Origin: an uncultured Candidatus Saccharibacteria bacterium
GTDB lineage: Bacteria > Patescibacteriota > Andersenbacteria > UBA10190
Direction: 5' to 3'
Length of the DNA: 64,000 nt
Assembly (NCBI GenBank): GCA_964371255.1
Contig: CAYJKV010000005.1
Span: 13,816-77,815 of the forward strand
This document shows, piece by piece, positions 20,191 through 28,246 of the stretch (positions are counted from its first letter, which is position 1; each line of letters starts with the position of its first letter). A program made the translations under genes and the position numbers. The notes beneath the pieces are model-generated. The model saw only the letters and a program-made list of their open reading frames with translations, did not search any database and was not told where the DNA came from.

Positions 20191-20469
20191 ATGGAAAAAA
20201 TGACGGATAATCGTCCCAATCGCAATCGCATCCCCGTAAGCAAGTTTCAACCTCGCACACGGGAGGAACGGGTGATATACGAAATCGCGCAAGCGTTGAA
20301 CGAACCGTACATTGATTTTATTAAAAGTATCAAAGACCGCTTTGGTTTCGACCTCATTTGGGATGCGTGGCAGGAATACAAGGAAGTAATGAAGCGGGGC
20401 GCGCCTATTGAGCACCCGCGCGGTTTCTTTAACTACCTTATCAAAATCAGGCGGCCTGATAGGAAGTGA
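20191..20469 (+). CDS. Hypothetical protein
   Basis: 92-aa basic protein. Confidence 0.35.
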   Translation: MEKMTDNRPNRNRIPVSKFQPRTREERVIYEIAQALNEPYIDFIKSIKDRFGFDLIWDAWQEYKEVMKRGAPIEHPRGFFNYLIKIRRPDRK

Positions 20470-20777
20470 CTTGCCATTACTTAACCCTATGACGGCAGAA
20501 AAACTATCGAATCTATATAAACAGAGGAGGTGATGCGTACACGCAGTAAGCTCTTAAAAGAATTGAGAACGGCAATTTACTGCCGAACTGGACTTAGCAC
20601 CAAATGCAATGATATTATTAAAGCGTTGTCCCAGAGTCCGTTGTCATATCCGAAGTTTTTTTATTGGCCTTCCTGTCGCCAAAAGGGCGGTTCTGCCAGG
20701 AAGCCAACTCTTCGGAGAAAGCGGACTGGGACAACCAGAACCGTCCTTTTAGTTTGTAATGACTTGAAATAACTACT

Positions 20778-22388
20778 ATGGAAAATAAAAAAATGCGGTA
20801 CGTTATGTACCTTCGTAAAAGTACTGATGAGGATAATCGCCAGGTGCAGTCAATTGACGACCAGAAAAAAGAACTCGACCGCGTGGTGGAGCAGCACGGC
20901 TTAAATATTGTGGAGATTATCAGTGAGTCGCGGTCAGCCAAAAAACTTGGGCGGTCAGGCTTCAATAAAATGATTGAAATGATTGTAAGTGGCAGTGCCG
21001 ATGCAATTTTATGCTGGGAGGCAACCCGCCTCGCGCGTAATCCCGTTGATGGTGGAAAAATCCAGTGGCTTATGCTGGAAGGGAAAATTAAAGTGGTGCA
21101 CACCCCGCAACGAAAATACCTCTGTACTGACAATGTCATTATGATGGCTGTGGAGTTTGGTATGTCCACCCAGTTCAGTGTTGACCTGGCAAAAAATGTG
21201 AAGCGCGGAATGTTAAGCAAAGCAGAAAAAGGCTGGCGGCCAGGACAGGCTCCACTTGGCTATCTGAACGATAAGGTAGAAGAAAAAGGCAATAAGCGTA
21301 TCTACACGGATAATGAAAAGTTCCCTATTGTTCGTAAGCTATGGGACTTATTGCTATCAGGCAATTACACCGTCCCTGCGCTCGTCACTATTGCTAACGA
21401 GCAGCTTGGCCTGCGTACCAAGCGAGGCAAGAAAATCAGCCTGGGCAGCCTGTATCACCTGTTCAATGATAAGTTCTACTACGGTGAATACACTTTTGAC
21501 GGTGAAGTCTACCAGGGCAAGCACAAGCCAATGATTTCTGCCGAGGAGTTTGACCGCACCCAAAAGATTTTAGGCCGTGCGGGACGGCCGCGACCAAAGT
21601 ACAAGCGGCTACCATTTAATGGGTTAATCCAATGCGCTGCCTGCGGTCGCACTATCACCTGCGATGAGCGGGTCAAGGTCATTAAGCGTACAGGCGAAAC
21701 CAAAAGTTTTATGTACCATCGCTGCACGCATAAAACTAGGAACCACTACTGCCCGCAGCCGCCCGTGACATTTGGCAACTTGGTCGAGCAGGTGCAGCAG
21801 TACCTGGGTAACATCACTATCCCGCCAGAGTTCTTAGAGTGGGCCGTACAGTCACTACGCGAGCAGCAGAAGCTGGAAGAAACGAACCGCAACCAAATCC
21901 TCGCCAACCTACGGAACAACCACCAGAACGTGATTGACCGCATTGATAGTCTGGTCAACAACTATATCGCGCCAGAAAATGCCAAGCGCGAACTAATTAG
22001 CGACGATGATATGAAGCGGCAAAAGGCTGCGCTCCTGCAAGAGAAGTCAGTGATTGAGCGGGAGTTGAGTAACACAAGTCTGCGCGTTAATGAGTGGGTG
22101 GACTTAACCATCAAAACTTTTCACTTCGCCACCTACGCCAAAGCCTGGTTTGATAAAGGCGACTACGAAACCAAGACTGCTATTCTCCGCGCGCTTGGCG
22201 TGACATTCACACTCAAAGACCGTAGCCTCCTGTTGGACTTGAAAGGGCCGTACGTCGTCATTAAAAAAGGTGTTGCAGCAGGATTGTTTGAGAACCCCGT
22301 ACTCGGACTGGTCAGGAAGGCTCTGCAAGAGCCTGCGCTGGCTCAACAGCCTGAAATTGCATCCGTATTATCCAGTTGGAGCGGGTAA
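20778..22388 (+). CDS. Large serine recombinase (resolvase catalytic domain + recombinase domain + Zn ribbon)
   Basis: N-terminal YVMYLRKSTDEDNRQ..SIDDQ is the catalytic-Ser motif region. Mid-section matches the recombinase domain. C-terminal CAACGR..C...YHRCTHK..HYC is a Zn ribbon. The stop codon lies inside the tRNA-Gly 3' end. Confidence 0.9.
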   Translation: MENKKMRYVMYLRKSTDEDNRQVQSIDDQKKELDRVVEQHGLNIVEIISESRSAKKLGRSGFNKMIEMIVSGSADAILCWEATRLARNPVDGGKIQWLMLEGKIKVVHTPQRKYLCTDNVIMMAVEFGMSTQFSVDLAKNVKRGMLSKAEKGWRPGQAPLGYLNDKVEEKGNKRIYTDNEKFPIVRKLWDLLLSGNYTVPALVTIANEQLGLRTKRGKKISLGSLYHLFNDKFYYGEYTFDGEVYQGKHKPMISAEEFDRTQKILGRAGRPRPKYKRLPFNGLIQCAACGRTITCDERVKVIKRTGETKSFMYHRCTHKTRNHYCPQPPVTFGNLVEQVQQYLGNITIPPEFLEWAVQSLREQQKLEETNRNQILANLRNNHQNVIDRIDSLVNNYIAPENAKRELISDDDMKRQKAALLQEKSVIERELSNTSLRVNEWVDLTIKTFHFATYAKAWFDKGDYETKTAILRALGVTFTLKDRSLLLDLKGPYVVIKKGVAAGLFENPVLGLVRKALQEPALAQQPEIASVLSSWSG

Positions 22389-22451
22389 CGGGAGTCGAAC
22401 CCGTATCTCTACCTTGGCAAGGTAGTGTAAAAGCCATTATACGATACCCGC
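22377..22451 (-). tRNA. tRNA-Gly (anticodon GCC), CCA encoded
   Basis: Reverse-complement folds as acceptor GCGGGTA/TACCCGC, anticodon stem CTACC/GGTAG with loop TTGCCAA, T-arm ACGGG-TTCGACT-CCCGT, discriminator T, then CCA. Confidence 0.85.
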
Positions 22452-22520
22452 AGGTGATATTATTTGTACCTAATTATTATCAATGCATCAATAGCGTGTA
22501 AACAAATCGCCTGCACGCAA

Positions 22521-22560
22521 TGTTTTTCATTTTTCGCTTTACGCTTTTCGTTTCTCTTGT
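22521..22560. repeat. Conserved T-rich tRNA-trailer motif, copy A (gtttttcatttttcgctttacgcttttcg)
   Basis: About 25/29 identical to the motif at 63731-63779, and similar to the one at 58616-58668. Confidence 0.7.
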
Positions 22561-22631
22561 GCCGCGGGTCAGAGTTGAACTGACTACGCCGACCTCTTCA
22601 GGGTCGCGCTCTACCGATGAGCTACCGCGGC
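22560..22631 (-). tRNA. tRNA-Phe (anticodon GAA)
   Basis: Reverse-complement GCCGCGGTAGCTCATCGGTAGAGCGCGACCCTGAAGAGGTCGGCGTAGTCAGTTCAACTCTGACCCGCGGCA. Anticodon loop is CTGAAGA. Confidence 0.8.
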
Positions 22632-22860
22632 GTTTAAACAATTATTAGTTGTATCTCTGAGGATAAGAGAAAGAGCAATTAATATCAATTATTTCCCTGT
22701 CCAACCCTTAAAGCTAGCCAACCTATACGTAGGCGTAGCCAGCTGATCAAAGATTGACAAGATTAATAATAGCTACTAATTTTATAGGTCATGCATGAGG
22801 CTGTTTTTTCGTCAGCAAGGAAGTACTTTTTACAACTCTTTTTGTGGAAGGAAGTGAGAC

Positions 22861-23865
22861 GTGGGACGACCAGTAACTTTGTTCACAGGACAATGGGCAG
22901 ATCTGAAACTTGAGGAGCTAGCCGCCAAAGCAGCCAATTTCGGCTACGATGGGCTGGAACTCGCTTGTTGGGGAGACCATTTCGAAGTAGATCGAGCCAT
23001 CAATGAAGATGGCTACTGTGCCAAGCAACGCGCGATACTGGAGCGTTATGGATTGAAGTGTTACGCCATCAGCGCTCACCTGGTTGGTCAAGCCGTGTGT
23101 GACCTCATCGACGAACGTCATAAAAGCATCCTGCCTGAAGATGTATGGGGAGATGGTGATCCCGCGGGTGTGCGTTGGCGAGCTGCGGAGAAGATGAAGC
23201 AAACAGCCATAGCGGCCAAGAGATTCGGTGTCGAAGTAGTTAACGGCTTCGTGGGCAGCTCAATTTGGCACTTACTTTATTCTTTCCCACCAGCCTCGAG
23301 AGAAACGATCGCCGCCGGCTTCACCGATTTCAAAGAAAGGTGGACTCCAATTCTCGATCACTTTCGGGCAGTAGGCGTTAAGTTTGCTCTGGAGGTTCAC
23401 CCCACCGAAATCGCCTTTGATATTGCCTCAGCCAGTCGAGCCTTACAAGCTGTTGACTGGCACCGATCTTTCGGATTCAATTATGACCCGTCTCATCTCG
23501 CCTATCAAGGAGTAGACTACGTCAGATTCATCCGTGAGTTTGGGCAACGTGTCTTCCATGTACACATGAAGGACGTCTGGTGGAACCACGGTGACGGCAG
23601 CGTAGGAGTGTTTGGCGGACACACAGCCTTCGGTGATCCACGACGTTATTGGGACTTCCGCTCGCTTGGGCATGGCGATGTTAATTTCGAAGAGATCATC
23701 GTAGCGCTCAATGATGCTGGTTACCAAGGACCGCTTTCGGTGGAATGGGAAGACATGCGCATGGATCGTGAGCACGGGGCAGCAGAAGCCTGCCAGTTTG
23801 TGAGACGAGCAGACTTCAAACCATCAAACGTCGCTTTTGACGCCGCCTTCGATAAGGAATCATGA
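22861..23865 (+). CDS. Sugar phosphate isomerase/epimerase (xylose-isomerase-like TIM barrel family)
   Basis: GTG start. [17 protein letters not shown]...H.KD..W is characteristic of the AP-endonuclease-2/XylA-like TIM barrel. GC-rich. A TTGACA(17)TAATTT-like promoter lies upstream. Confidence 0.75.
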   Translation: MGRPVTLFTGQWADLKLEELAAKAANFGYDGLELACWGDHFEVDRAINEDGYCAKQRAILERYGLKCYAISAHLVGQAVCDLIDERHKSILPEDVWGDGDPAGVRWRAAEKMKQTAIAAKRFGVEVVNGFVGSSIWHLLYSFPPASRETIAAGFTDFKERWTPILDHFRAVGVKFALEVHPTEIAFDIASASRALQAVDWHRSFGFNYDPSHLAYQGVDYVRFIREFGQRVFHVHMKDVWWNHGDGSVGVFGGHTAFGDPRRYWDFRSLGHGDVNFEEIIVALNDAGYQGPLSVEWEDMRMDREHGAAEACQFVRRADFKPSNVAFDAAFDKES

Positions 23866-23964
23866 CCATCACCACCTATCGGTTGATGCTAGTAGCATTA
23901 ACCGATTTTTTATGCCGATATTTACAATCATAATATGTTAAGGTAAAACCATTATATCCATGCG

Positions 23965-24036
23965 GGGCGGTTAGCTCAGTGGTAGAGCAGTGCGTTTACA
24001 TCGCAAAGGTCGGGGGTTCGAACCCCTCACCGCCCA
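23965..24036 (+). tRNA. tRNA-Val (anticodon TAC)
   Basis: GGGCGGTTAGCTCAGTGGTAGAGCAGTGCGTTTACATCGCAAAGGTCGGGGGTTCGAACCCCTCACCGCCCA. Anticodon loop is TTTACAT. Confidence 0.85.
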
Positions 24037-24137
24037 CCTTACACAGCGTCCTCGCCTAACACGGCATATCCAATATTTACTACCTAAAAGCTTTAGCCAG
24101 AACAACTAAAGACTATATCCACTGTTAATATCATTAG

Positions 24138-24222
24138 TGCGGACGGTGGGATTTGAACCCACAACCTCGTAATGAGGCACAGCCCCTCAAGCTGCTGCGT
24201 AAACCAATTCCGCCACGTCCGC
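24138..24222 (-). tRNA. tRNA-Leu (anticodon GAG), long variable arm
   Basis: Reverse-complement GCGGACGTGGCGGAATTGGTTTACGCAGCAGCTTGAGGGGCTGTGCCTCATTACGAGGTTGTGGGTTCAAATCCCACCGTCCGCA. Anticodon loop is TTGAGGG. Confidence 0.8.
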
Positions 24223-24256
24223 ATAGTGAAGAGAGTAGCTTTGTTCTCATGATGTT

Positions 24257-24967
24257 TCAAGCGATTCGCAATATCGACCCGCCCTTTTTGTAGCCTTTGG
24301 GTTGCTGTCCTTTCTGGGCGAGGTAATTAGCTGCCCATTGGCGATCAAGTTTTGCTTTTTTGCGCTGAAGACATGCGATGCAATCAGAGTAATACATTGC
24401 CTGGTAAATCTTCAGTGAGTTTTGTTTTGCATATTTCAAACAATATACCTTGGAGCCACGACGAACATGTCCAGATATTCCAGCTAATTTATTGACTGTT
24501 TGGTCAAGCCATACTAAATGTTTTTTACTAGCACAGGCAAAGCTAATGTAAAGCGAAACACTACTGTGCCATCGAGTATCCCAGTAGGCATGTGATGATC
24601 CATCGCCATCAAATTCTCCGCGTAAATAATCAAAAAAATATTGGTCTGGGATTTGTACTTTACCAATAGTGTGAGTTTTACGAGGAGTAATGCCTATAGA
24701 AACAAACCACTCGTAAAGGGTTACGTCACCAAATTGCACTTGTGAGCAACGATTTCCGTCACCCGAGGGCTTGCTGCTTATCTTAACATTTAAACTTAAG
24801 CATTTTTTAAATGTTTCTAATAATTGAGTATCCTTAGAAGTTAGGCTCAAGTGTCTACCGTCAGAATATAGGCATCCGTCAGTAGCCATAAGACCACAAG
24901 CGTAAGCTAACTCTGGTGTCCATTCTGGAATTCGTAGGCGCCTTGGTTTTGAACCTCTTTTCCCCAT
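24257..24967 (-). CDS. Free-standing double-motif LAGLIDADG homing endonuclease
   Basis: Motif 1 LAYACGLMATDGCL. Motif 2 YLRGEFDGDGSS, about 100 aa later. 236 aa with a basic C-terminus. Confidence 0.8.
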   Translation of the reverse strand: MGKRGSKPRRLRIPEWTPELAYACGLMATDGCLYSDGRHLSLTSKDTQLLETFKKCLSLNVKISSKPSGDGNRCSQVQFGDVTLYEWFVSIGITPRKTHTIGKVQIPDQYFFDYLRGEFDGDGSSHAYWDTRWHSSVSLYISFACASKKHLVWLDQTVNKLAGISGHVRRGSKVYCLKYAKQNSLKIYQAMYYSDCIACLQRKKAKLDRQWAANYLAQKGQQPKGYKKGGSILRIA

Positions 24968-25107
24968 ATGTAAAAGAATTCAAAGTCACTTATTTTTATT
25001 GTACGCCTCTTGTTTACACGATCACATGGTTAAAAAAGCTGAGCTAAAATATGCCATTTTCTGCGTCGATTAGCTGTATACAACCAGAACACAGTAAAAT
25101 ATGTTTT

Positions 25108-25746
25108 TCAAAATAACGCTGCCTGCTTTTGTTGGGACAATATTTCTTTTTGGCTCTCCTCTTCTTTGTTTATTGGATTACCTTGTTTCAGTAATTTCAG
25201 TACTTTAGGAATATTTTGAAAATCAGTCAACAGTACCGGTCGTAAATTCCCCCGGTAAAGCGCTGCGGCCGGATGATACATAGGAATTACCACTTGGTCC
25301 TTCTTGTTTCTTTTTGGCTGCCCATGAATTTTTGAGATCGATAAAGTTTCACCCAAAAAATGAGCCATTGAGTACCTGCCTAAAGTCACAATCAATTTTG
25401 GCTGTATGATCGCTACTTGTCCATCCAGCCATGGTGCATAAGCTATTAACTCCTCCGGTAGCGGATCTCGATTTCCCGGCGGTCTATGCTTTACCATATT
25501 CGCAATAAAGACATCTTCCCTCTTGAGCCCGATACTGCCAATCAACTCCGTTAAAAATCGGCCTGCCGCCCCGACAAACGGCCTGCCTTGTTCATCTTCA
25601 TCTTTGCCGGGTCCTTCCCCGACAAATAAGAGTGCGGCGTCTGGATCCCCCTCCCCCGGGACCCCTTGGGTAGCCGTGGCCTTGAGCGGCAACTCCTTAG
25701 CTATCCATTCTTTGTTTAACTCTTCTAGTTGTTGCTGTTTGGACAT
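25108..25746 (-). CDS. Uracil-DNA glycosylase, family 4
   Basis: GEGPGKDEDEQGRPFVGAAGRFL and the HPAA region match UDG family 4 motifs. The start is taken at MSKQQQ. Confidence 0.85.
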   Translation of the reverse strand: MSKQQQLEELNKEWIAKELPLKATATQGVPGEGDPDAALLFVGEGPGKDEDEQGRPFVGAAGRFLTELIGSIGLKREDVFIANMVKHRPPGNRDPLPEELIAYAPWLDGQVAIIQPKLIVTLGRYSMAHFLGETLSISKIHGQPKRNKKDQVVIPMYHPAAALYRGNLRPVLLTDFQNIPKVLKLLKQGNPINKEEESQKEILSQQKQAALF

Positions 25747-25764
25747 ACAGAATATAATTATAAA

Positions 25765-26005
25765 TCCAAATTCCAAAGCTCAAATGCCAAATTAATATCA
25801 AATGACTAAACGACAAAATCTCAGACATTAGTCATTTGGATTTTGATTAATCATCGAAATTTGGCCTCTAAGAGGTCCCATAAGGATCATTGATCATTAT
25901 AAACCTTGTTTGAAATTTGGTCTTTGTAAATTGAAAAGTGTTGCTCCTTGTTTGAAATTTGGTCATTCGGATTTGATTGGGATTTGGGATTTGGACATTG
26001 GGATT
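25765..26005. repeat. Array of CCAAAT (x4, 25765-25792) and inverted ATTTGG-type (x7 or more, 25855-26005) hexamer motifs, with an 11-bp perfect inverted repeat caaatgactaa/ttagtcatttg (25799-25809 / 25828-25838) and a 19-bp direct repeat cttgtttgaaatttggtc (x2)
   Basis: Read directly from the sequence. Intergenic between the nfo stop and the UDG start, and extending into the nfo 3' end. Confidence 0.8.
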
Positions 26006-26871
26006 TTTTTCACTGTTCTCCATTCCTTTAGCCTCTCCAAATCCTGTCCAATCAGTTCGTCCTGTTTCGTCTCCAGCACAAAATTGACCTGTTGAAAATA
26101 TGGATGGGCTAATATGGCCTTAAATCCATCCTCTCCAATCTTGCCTAGTCCGATATGTTCATGGCGGTCCTTTTGTTCACCTAAGCCAGCCTTTGAATCA
26201 TTGATATGCACCAGTTTCAACCGCTCAATGCCTAAAGATTGCTTAAATTGAACCATTGTTTCATCTAGCGCCGCTCTTGTTCTTATATCATAACCGCTGG
26301 CAAACATATGACACGTATCTAAACAAACCTGCATGTCTTTCTTACCTAAACCTTTGATAATATACGCTAGCTCTTCGAATGAATTGCCAATCAACGCTCC
26401 AGCACCCGCGGAAATCTCCAACAACAAGCGCGCGGTAAACTTTGGGTTGCCGTGTAGCACCGCCCGCAGTCCCTTGATCGTTCGTTTTAATGCCCCACCG
26501 GGTGTTTTACCCTTTTCCACACCTGGCCAATCCCTGGCGCTGCCCAAATGCGTTACCACGTATTTTACTCCCAATAAACTAGCTCTCTCCATCTCCTCTC
26601 GTACCACCCTGACAGTATTCTCCGCCAACTCCTTCTTGGGAGCAGCAAAGTTAATGTAGTAAGGCGTATGCATATAACTTTCCATCTCATACTGCTGGCA
26701 GCGTTGCCTGAATAGCAATGCATCATCTTCGCTTATTTGGGGAGCTACTCCACCGCGCGGACTGCGCGAAAAAAACTGGAAACACTCCGCGCCGACCTCT
26801 TTCGCTCGGTCCGGTGCCTTGGCCACTCCCCCGGCCGCCGATACATGTAATCCTACTTGCTGGTATTTCAT
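25963..26871 (-). CDS. nfo: Endonuclease IV (AP endonuclease family 2)
   Basis: YMHTPYYINFA...HLGSA...CLDTCHMFASGYD are the conserved Nfo metal-binding blocks. The C-terminal tail of about 20 aa is encoded by the repeat array. Confidence 0.9.
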   Translation of the reverse strand: MKYQQVGLHVSAAGGVAKAPDRAKEVGAECFQFFSRSPRGGVAPQISEDDALLFRQRCQQYEMESYMHTPYYINFAAPKKELAENTVRVVREEMERASLLGVKYVVTHLGSARDWPGVEKGKTPGGALKRTIKGLRAVLHGNPKFTARLLLEISAGAGALIGNSFEELAYIIKGLGKKDMQVCLDTCHMFASGYDIRTRAALDETMVQFKQSLGIERLKLVHINDSKAGLGEQKDRHEHIGLGKIGEDGFKAILAHPYFQQVNFVLETKQDELIGQDLERLKEWRTVKKIPMSKSQIPIKSE

Positions 26872-26881
26872 ACCCTCTATC

Positions 26882-27205
26882 TTATTCCTGACCAGAAATT
26901 CCGCTTAAGCACATCTCATAATCTTCACAATTCCTGATCCCCTGGGTTTTGCATTGGTCTTTCACTATATTGCATAGCTCAACATCGGCGGCGATCCTCG
27001 GCGCCCCTTCAAATTCTATCGCGTATTCTTCCAGCGCGACCTGTTCTAAAGGTTGGGGAATCTCTGGTGCCATAGTCGGCCCCGCTGCCTCTTGTTGTGC
27101 CAGTTGTTTACCACTATCCTTCTGCGCGTTAAACCAAAGCGCGGCCCCTGCCAGCACCACCATTAATACTGCCACCGCCAAGATCACTTTCAATAATCCG
27201 TTCAT
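26882..27205 (-). CDS. Small secreted/membrane-anchored protein, hypothetical
   Basis: N-terminal TM segment. 107 aa. 4 Cys. Confidence 0.4.
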   Translation of the reverse strand: MNGLLKVILAVAVLMVVLAGAALWFNAQKDSGKQLAQQEAAGPTMAPEIPQPLEQVALEEYAIEFEGAPRIAADVELCNIVKDQCKTQGIRNCEDYEMCLSGISGQE

Positions 27206-27229
27206 AATATACTTGCCTGTTATAATAAC

Positions 27230-28246
27230 TTATAAACCGCGCGGTTTTTGCGGACTGGCGGCCCGCCAAAACTTCATCACTGTTCTTAGGCGGTCTTCTG
27301 TGCCTATTGCCTCACGGCGGTTTGGCTGCGCGACCAGTCTGGGTGCATAGTACGACCAAATATCCCAGGTGACAAATCGCTCTCCCAACTCTTCCCGAAT
27401 AATAGCGTTCAGCCTGGGCAGCAATTTTGCGCCCGTTGTTTTAGCTCCTTTGACAACTCCGCTTTGCGGCGCTCTGATTTTATCCAACTTTGGGTCGGTA
27501 CTAAGAGCCCAGGCATCGATAAAGAAATTGCGGTCGGTCACCTCGTTTGTTACGTCCTGTCTATCATAAACATCATTGATAAACTTAAAACTAATCTCGC
27601 TGCCCGCGAAACTCCGCAGTAAACCCACTTGGTGTATGCGGTATTTATTATCCCCTTGCTCCATGGTTAAAACCTTCCACGCTTGCCCGTCTATATATAC
27701 CGCCACCTGGACCGGTTCCGGTTGATCATGGCGAGCGGTGATGTACAACCAATAGTTCTCACGCGTCACCCGAACAACCTTACTAACCGTTGACGTGTTC
27801 CCGGCCAGTCTTGCTACCACCCGTTCCTGGTCTTCAACGATAGTTGTATTACTGCCGCTGGTCTGATGCCCCCGTTCCGGCGCAAATGGATAAGTAACGA
27901 TATTGATGCTGGCTGCCGCGTCACCCCCGACACCGCCCGATCCCCCTCCGCCTTCATCGCCGCTCGTTTCTTCCCCGCTATCTGTCGGCCCCAGTACTTT
28001 TATTGTCACCGGTTCGCTTTGTGCCAGCGTGTCACCAATCTGCCCATCTTCCACTGTAATATTAAACGTATGATCACCTGGAGGGGCATCGGCGGGAATG
28101 GTAATAGCTACTTTCTGCTCCAAGATTGTTTCTGAAACAACTGAGGTCGTTATAAATTTTTGTATTTCTGGCACACTAAGTACGATGCTTCCCGTGATCA
28201 CCGCCCCGGCTAATAGAAATAAATACAGTTTAGATGTTTTTTTCAT
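27230..28246 (-). CDS. Secreted protein with a Gly/Ser-rich linker, hypothetical
   Basis: Signal peptide MKKTSKLYLFLLAGAV. Linker GGGGSGGVGG. No recognisable catalytic motif. Confidence 0.5.
   Translation of the reverse strand: MKKTSKLYLFLLAGAVITGSIVLSVPEIQKFITTSVVSETILEQKVAITIPADAPPGDHTFNITVEDGQIGDTLAQSEPVTIKVLGPTDSGEETSGDEGGGGSGGVGGDAAASINIVTYPFAPERGHQTSGSNTTIVEDQERVVARLAGNTSTVSKVVRVTRENYWLYITARHDQPEPVQVAVYIDGQAWKVLTMEQGDNKYRIHQVGLLRSFAGSEISFKFINDVYDRQDVTNEVTDRNFFIDAWALSTDPKLDKIRAPQSGVVKGAKTTGAKLLPRLNAIIREELGERFVTWDIWSYYAPRLVAQPNRREAIGTEDRLRTVMKFWRAASPQKPRGL

Noticed and set aside
20530-20772. 80-aa ORF just upstream of the recombinase
   Set aside because: Arg/Cys-rich with no ribosome-binding site and odd composition. 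It may instead be the recombinase promoter or attP-side region. Not called.
20618-21220. 200-aa ORF antisense to the serine recombinase
   Set aside because: It lies entirely inside a well-supported recombinase CDS on the other strand and has low-complexity S/R-rich composition. Likely spurious.
6570-22376. Search for a direct repeat of the tRNA-Gly 3' end (attL)
   Set aside because: No convincing partial copy of ggagcgggtaacgggagtcgaacc was found by eye at candidate left boundaries (6.6, 7.9, 9.1, 12.65, 16.2, 16.5 kb). This is consistent with a serine-recombinase mechanism, but it leaves the left boundary undefined.
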